Source: Chrysomallon squamiferum (Eukaryota > Animalia > Mollusca). From it: a stretch of DNA of 64,000 bases. The DNA lies in assembly GCA_012295275.1 (NCBI GenBank), contig CM022672.1, forward strand, positions 24,986,001 to 25,050,000. Direction: 5' to 3'. A model generated the notes under the pieces. The model did not search any database and had not been told where the DNA came from. It was given only the letters and a program-made list of their open reading frames with translations. Position numbers and translations under genes: made by a program. Shown here in pieces: positions 53,918 through 64,000 of the stretch (positions are counted from its first letter, which is position 1; the number at the start of each line of letters is the position of its first letter).

Positions 53918-56138
53918 ATGAGTCTGTTTTTTAAAGTATGTCTACTTATGACGATATACTCCGTCCGAACTGAGGTAATTATAATTTTTTTTTTTTATTA
54001 TAATATTTTTATTGAATTATTCTAATTGGTGTATTGTTATTTACAATGTGATCACTTTGAATACTTCTTAACAAAAAAAAAAAAAAAAAGAAGAGAAAGT
54101 GAGAAAGAGATGTGGGGAAAAAATAGTTTGAAAACATATTTATTTTAAAATTTGAAACTGTTCTTTATTTGAAAATAAATTATGAATTATAACCACTGGA
54201 AAAACCCGACTTTGATCCTTGTGTTGGAAAGTATTTTGCAAATTCCAGTAATGTTAGAGTTAATGCAACTCCCGCTGATATCCTAGGTCTGTATTTCAGG
54301 CGAGGGAGGGTATGTGGTTATGGCTCAGCTGAAGAACGTTGCTTGGGCGGGCCATGATTGGTCCACAAGATCAGCATTCCCAGTATTTCCCTTAACCTAT
54401 TTGTCTTGGTAAAAATTTAAAATTTCTCCACTGTTGGTGTGTCAAAAGCCGCTGTGTGTATGCCTATCTTTGTAAGGTGAATATAAAAGATGTTTTGCTT
54501 CTAATCAACAGAAATAGCCGACATAATACAGGAAACATGTTTCGACCTTTCTAACATCAATATACAATATCTTTATAATTATTAGTGTGTGTTTGAGGTG
54601 TTGTAGAATATTTATTTATTTTATTTCAGATAACGTCGCAACCCCTGATGGGGTACGAGTATGAACTTATCGATCCTAAACTTATAGAGGTGCAGCCCAT
54701 GTCTGATGGTGGTCGCGGCTTAGAAGTGACTTTTCAGTCTAATTACTACTATGATGTGAGAATCACGTGGAAAGTTGACGACAGGTTTATTATGAGTAAG
54801 AAAATTAGTACTTAATACAATGTGACAGTCTTTAATTATTATTCACATACACTACTACTAAGATGTTGCAAGCGTTTTAGAATATATATATATATGCTCA
54901 TTAGGTTCATTCAAGAAGTGTGATAAAGATTGGGTTTTTTTATATATATATAAAAAGTCCAGGCATCTAAAGCGTGTACCTGACATCGAATAATAAAAAT
55001 AATAATGACAAAGAAGAGGCTAATGATGATGACGATATTGATAATGATAATAAACAATGCTGAGTTGCCATTAAATATTCATTCAGTCTGTGTGGGTTTT
55101 CTTTTCGGTTGATTTTCTAATGTTTATCATCGTTTGTTAAACTGATTTTCATTTTAGTTTTTTTTTTGTTTTTGTTTTGTTTTTTCCAATTTTTCTTTCA
55201 CAGATCATGATACGCAGTACAGCACATTTCGCCATAACCAGAAAGTTTCCATTCGTTTGCCTCCATCCGACATAAACAAAACAGTTCAGTGCATTATGGC
55301 GCTTAACATGTATCATGTGACGCTAGAAATTCATCTGAATGGTGCTACTGGTTCTGTTGAAGTCGACCAATTCAAATTTGACCTAAGCACTCCAGAACAA
55401 ATTATTTATACTGAAGCTGATGCCAATAATATAACCTTTGATATGAACGTTAGCTTTCCTAATGCCAACAGTCTGAAACCAAAGATATCGTCCACATTTA
55501 TTGCCGCAGACTACTGCTCTATTCCACTACTGTCCATTTCTGGAAACGATTCCAAATTCATTGAACACAATGAAAACGATGACGTTGAAGACGATGATAT
55601 CGTCTCCCAAAAAGCTACTGTTGTTGTTCTACGTGATCATCGCATTCGTTTTGGAATGATAACTTTTCATTGCCAGCTCGTACACACGTCTTCGAGAAAT
55701 GACATACTTTCTTTGGGAAAGATTGGTATCGACAGAATGGTTTTCTTCAAGAAAGGAACCGACTTCCATAACCTGGTTCCATCTGACACCGTCACCTTTG
55801 TCAACTGGACATACCGGTATGAAGTCAGCGAGTCTGAAGATCTAGACGTTCACGTCCAGGTGCTCGGCAATCCAAAACCTCGTGTGATTCTGCAAAGAAA
55901 TGGAGTTGACCTGAGCGTGTCCGCCGAACGCGTTGATTTCACTTCGCCATACTACACGTTCACCATTTTCCCTTTCCGGAACGTCACCGCAGCCACCTCT
56001 GGTCGGTACGTCTGCACCGCCGTGAGCGGCCGAGGCCGAATAACGGAAACGTTTACAGTGTACGTGAGACAGACAGGCTGTCTTAATGATCTGAGTCAAA
56101 CCATGAACTATGTGGGTCCTGCTTCGAGTACCTGGTAA
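53918..56138 (+). CDS. Secreted immunoglobulin-domain protein, join(53918..53974,54630..54795,55204..56138), 385 aa
   Basis: Exon 1 is a signal-peptide-like MSLFFKVCLLMTIYSVRTE|gtaatt (phase 0). Exon 2 ...VRITWKVDDRFIM A|gtaag (phase 1). Exon 3 is in frame with ORF 55257-56138 and ends in an I-set-like domain (GNPKP ... FRNVTAATSGRYVCTAVS...TVYV). No transmembrane segment seen. Confidence 0.8.
54305..54625 (+). mobile_element. Decayed SINE-like element in intron 1 of the Ig gene
   Basis: TGGCTCAGCTG A-box-like head, body similar to 22238-22310 (tg.atataa..gat), (ATTT)n tail. Confidence 0.5.
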
Positions 56139-56883
56139 GAAGGAATACGTTATTTTGTTTTGTGTTAGATGCTTTCAACTCAACATAAAACTTATGATAA
56201 ATATCTGTAGTGTCTTTAATTTGCACGCTCATCTTGTAGATGCACTGTCATTTGGTTAATAAAATAATATTTTCGTTTCATAGATGTTTTGATTATTTAT
56301 CGTATATTACAATTATAAGTTTATATTAAACAGTACTATATATTTTATCTGCTATTATATATTTTATCAGCATACAAATAATAATAATAAATTTTATCAA
56401 ATAATAATAATAAAGTATAAATAAATACAACAGTTTATCACTAATTTTATTTCATTATAAAAAAATATATTTTTACAAATTATAATATACCTTTTCTAGT
56501 ACATATGAAAAAGGGGAGACAACAAGCGAAATATTGCATATGAAATCTGAAAGTCTGTACATTAATACAAATATGTGTATATATTACTAACAGGTTAAAT
56601 GATTTTTATAATTCAATAAACTTAAACTAATAAATATTTAAAAAGCATTGCGGTTCAGATCATATTAAGCCATCATTAAAACAAGTAACAAGAAATCAAT
56701 GTCGAATAAAATGCAAGCAGCTGAAAGTGATAGTTCGTAGGATCAGTCTGCTGTAATACTTTCATAATCATACAAAATATGACTGAATCTTTCCCACGAA
56801 CTACTCTGTTTTTGTATTTTTTGATTGCTGTACAAAAATAAATTCTTCCATAATGAATTATCTGGATTATCATGCTGTTGAGG

Positions 56884-60283
<3,400 letters not shown>

Positions 60284-60928
60284 CTTCCTTGTCAGTTTTC
60301 CGGCGTAACAAAAAAAAAAAAAAAAAAATTATATAAAGGTGTGTGCTAGGATAAGATAATTTGATACAATAAGGTCGTATAAATATTACACTGAAATTGA
60401 CGATCATTTTTTTAATTATTATTGATTTTTATTATTTTTTTATTTATTTATTTATTTATTTTATATATACAAAGATTTCATTTAAAAAATATAAAATGAA
60501 AAGCTGTATTCCGATAGAAACGATATCCACTGAATGAATTCGGTCCCCAAATCTCTCGCCCCAATTTTTTTGCCCCGCTCTGCTCATCGATTAAGTGTTT
60601 TTGCTTCATTTCAAAAAGAGTCTCGTTACGGCCATGTATTGATATAACTGTGGTTTATATGTCTGAAGATGTATGTTTGTTTGTTCTTGTTTTGTCTGAT
60701 TTTTTTTTGTTTAGTGTTTTTTGTTTATTTGTTTGTTTGTTTTGTTTGTTTTTGTTTTTTGTTTGTTTAATTATATTTTAATTATTGTTTAATTATATTT
60801 TTATTTCGTAATTAGTTTTAGTTATTTATTTATTTTTATTATTTTGCTCTTGTTATTTTTTCGGGGACTGGATGGCAGTTTGTTTTTAATTTATTATTTT
60901 ATTCATTATTATTATTAATGGATTGTTA

Positions 60929-60971
<43 letters not shown>

Positions 60972-61332
60972 GTGTGTATTTATTTTATTACATTTGTTTT
61001 TGCTTGTTTATTACAGGGTTGTAGGAAACAGTCATTAAAAACCTTTTATAAAATAAAGAAAATCAGAACAAAATTATATTTCACAATATTTTATTTCAAT
61101 TTAAAAATAAAAGTAAAAGAAATATCAAATGAAACTATAAACTCAGATGTGTTTCATTTCAGAACAAGAAATGCTGTTCATGAAAATATATTCAAGAATA
61201 TAATTTAAAAATTTAAACCTATCTAAATAATAAAATCTATTATTTACTTAATATGACAAATATAAATATAACTATTTAATCATAACTCACATTTGTAAAT
61301 CTTGTCAAAGATCAACACTAACAGTAAATAAA

Positions 61333-61335
<3 letters not shown>

Positions 61336-61408
<73 letters not shown>
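61336..61408. repeat. (GA)n microsatellite
   Basis: Directly visible. Confidence 0.95.
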
Positions 61409-61410
<2 letters not shown>

Positions 61411-61912
61411 TTTGTGTACCTTTGTCTTACTGATTAATGATAATGTTAACAGTGAATAAACGAAGATTAAATGGTGAATGAAACCTCTGTAATAACAGGT
61501 ATCAGTGTTAAACATACTCCTCACTGTATGATGATAAAACATTGACTATAATTCACATACAAATAATATTTTAAATTGAACACTATGCTTGGTACATTAT
61601 ATATAAATACATTTATGTCTAGTATAATTGACAAACTTTTCGTTAAATATTTGTATGTTGATTTTACACTGTTAACAAATTCAGATCAATCGATATTAGT
61701 AAACAAACAAAAAAACAACCCCAAAACATGTTTATAAATATATTTATCTATATCTGTGATGTTTATATGAATTTAAATTTTGGGTTATTTTGTGAATAAA
61801 TGTATCTGTGTGTGGTATTTATATGTAAATATCTGTACACGTATATTATATACGTGTATGTCTGTATATCTATATGTAGAATATTATTGATAATAAGGGT
61901 ACAGATCACTGG

Positions 61913-62134
61913 TTATTCTATATTTATTTTATTGAATCTGCTATTGTATTTTCGTCGTCTCCGATTCCTCAGAACCAGTCGAACTTTGTTCAGTATTCGC
62001 TTTGTTTTCCTTCTTCCAGGTTCCATGACTGTAAACAAACACTGCATTATAACGATAAGTCAAAGCAATACATTATTAGTAAAACAAAATACTTACAGGT
62101 AGCCTGAAGGTGATATGAATAACATACATTCCAG

Positions 62135-62195
<61 letters not shown>

Positions 62196-62312
62196 TAAAA
62201 AATGATACTACGATTAGTACTATTGTATTACTATTACTTTTATTAATGGCAGTAATAATTAGTAGTAGTAGTAACAGCAGCAGTAGCAGTAGTAACAACA
62301 TTGTTGCTATTT

Positions 62313-62356
<44 letters not shown>

Positions 62357-62642
62357 GCAAGAACCATAACAGTAGTAGTAATAATAACAACAACAACAAC
62401 AACAAATTAACGAATTTAATGTATTTTAAAATTAAAAAAGAACGCAGGTAATAACATAATTTAAACATCTTTAATTAAATTATTTGTAAAGAACTTTATT
62501 CACTTATTCGTCTGCGGATTTTCCTTCTACGATGTCGTCTGCTTTTCCGTTTGTTCACTTCCGGACATTCAGAAAAATCATCGTCACTACCATCAATTTC
62601 TGGCTTTACCGCTATGGAAGAAAAAAAAATATATATAATAAT

Positions 62643-62699
<57 letters not shown>

Positions 62700-63703
62700 A
62701 ACAATAATAATAATAATAAGTCAAACAACACAAATCTGCATACCAAGAACATTATCTTTTAAAAAGTGTGATGTCGCCAGCGAGCTAACAAAATAACAAG
62801 CAGCTATCAAAAATTATGAAAAATGGCAACATCTGCCTGTACATCGCTGCTATTTTAAAAGCAAGGAGATTATTTAAAGTTTTCCTGGGCATTACAATAT
62901 TACAACAGTTATTACAATAACCGATTTTTGGGTTCGGTTATTCTGAATATATGACATAAAAGTGAATATACATCACAGATTTCGAAAATTATTTGTCGTT
63001 ACAAAATACATAAATAAATAAATAAATATAAAAATTATAATAAATTAATAATAAATTTCATTCAAAGAAATAAATAACTTTAAACAAATTTTCATTTTTA
63101 TAGGTCAGTGTGAAGAATTACTTTTAAATATAGCAAAGAAAAAAAAATGAGCTAAACAACGAAACATTTTTATATGAAACGCATTTCATCTTGAAATTAT
63201 ATCCACTATAATGATGGAGCAACGCTAAATCCACCTCCAGTTGCTTCAGTATTTGAAAACATTTTTTTCCCCACATTATTTGTAAAAATATTTATTATAA
63301 ATTCGAGAATTAAAATGAACTAATTAAGGACACACTCACGTTTTAACTTCAGAACAAAACCTCTGCCGCCCTTTTGAGTATTTGCTAACTCTGAACTCAA
63401 TATCAACACACCCATCGTGAAATTCTTGTTCCACTTTTTTATCACTAGTAAACTTCTTCAAACGTTTTCTGCTGCCGTCTTCACCGACACTGAAAATTTT
63501 AACATTATCATTACGGTTGTCGGGATCGAGGTCGATATCGTCTGATGAAATGCGCAAACCTAACTTCCGGTGAATGCGTATTCTCATTCGACAGAAAGTC
63601 TTTTTTGTGTCGTAATGCCATGGATAATATTTGTGACTTCGTATGAGACCGTAGGTTAAGTTAACAGTTCTCCTGTTTCTGTCACATATGTCAAACACCT
63701 GAT
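61913..63703 (-). CDS. 3' part of a tandem paralog (CUB exon 63340..63703 with 1-bp frameshift, exon 62504..62611, possible microexon 62097..62103, last exon 61913..62028); 5' exons outside window; gene or young pseudogene
   Basis: CUB motifs GLIRSHKYYPWHY and, after a frameshift, GRGFVLKL C|gtgagt. Next exon VKPEIDGSDDDFSECPE parallels KNKEYDGSDFNVCEE of the neighbour. Arg/Lys-rich tail. Confidence 0.7.
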
Positions 63704-64000
63704 CTGTAACAGTTAATTTAAGAAGGAAATAAATAATGAAAATCCTACTGAAGTAGATGACCTGACGTTATCTGTTACCATTTGTCATTATACGTTATCA
63801 TTATGTTGTCATAAGACGTCATCATTATGTTAAAATTATCGGTTTCTAAGTATCTTCCAATCTTAATTTTTAAAAAGCAGCAAAGACTAGTCTCTATTAA
63901 TAAATAGCAAAATCTGTTACATTAGCAAAAGGACATTTAAAAAACTGTAATTCTAAAAACTTGCACACACACACACACACACACACGAAATAGCATAGTT

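Overview
AT-rich, microsatellite-dense eukaryotic DNA, very probably from a gastropod mollusc (judged from the RXR protein). The main gene is a retinoid X receptor (RXR/NR2B) on the + strand: 7 coding exons at 40214-48478, 442 aa, all introns GT-AG and phase-consistent. It has a candidate distal alternative first coding exon at 4437-4578, ~38 kb upstream, and two candidate in-frame cassette exons (57 and 60 nt) that would insert into the T-box. The ~36 kb between the two promoters shows no convincing coding gene but contains CpG-rich islands and several nuclear-receptor direct repeats. These include two perfect AGGTCA-N2-GGTTCA (DR2) elements, one inside a decayed tRNA-SINE head, which suggests RXR autoregulation. 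Downstream lie a 3-exon secreted Ig-domain gene (+, 53918-56138) and two tandem paralogs on the - strand. The complete paralog (60283-56884) encodes signal peptide, divergent SUEL-lectin-like domain, CUB domain and an extremely basic tail. The second is cut by the window edge, carries a 1-bp frameshift and has a possible 7-nt frame-switching microexon. Most ORFs in the supplied track are microsatellite artefacts. All models were built by hand from splice signals and reading frames; no database search or expression data were available.
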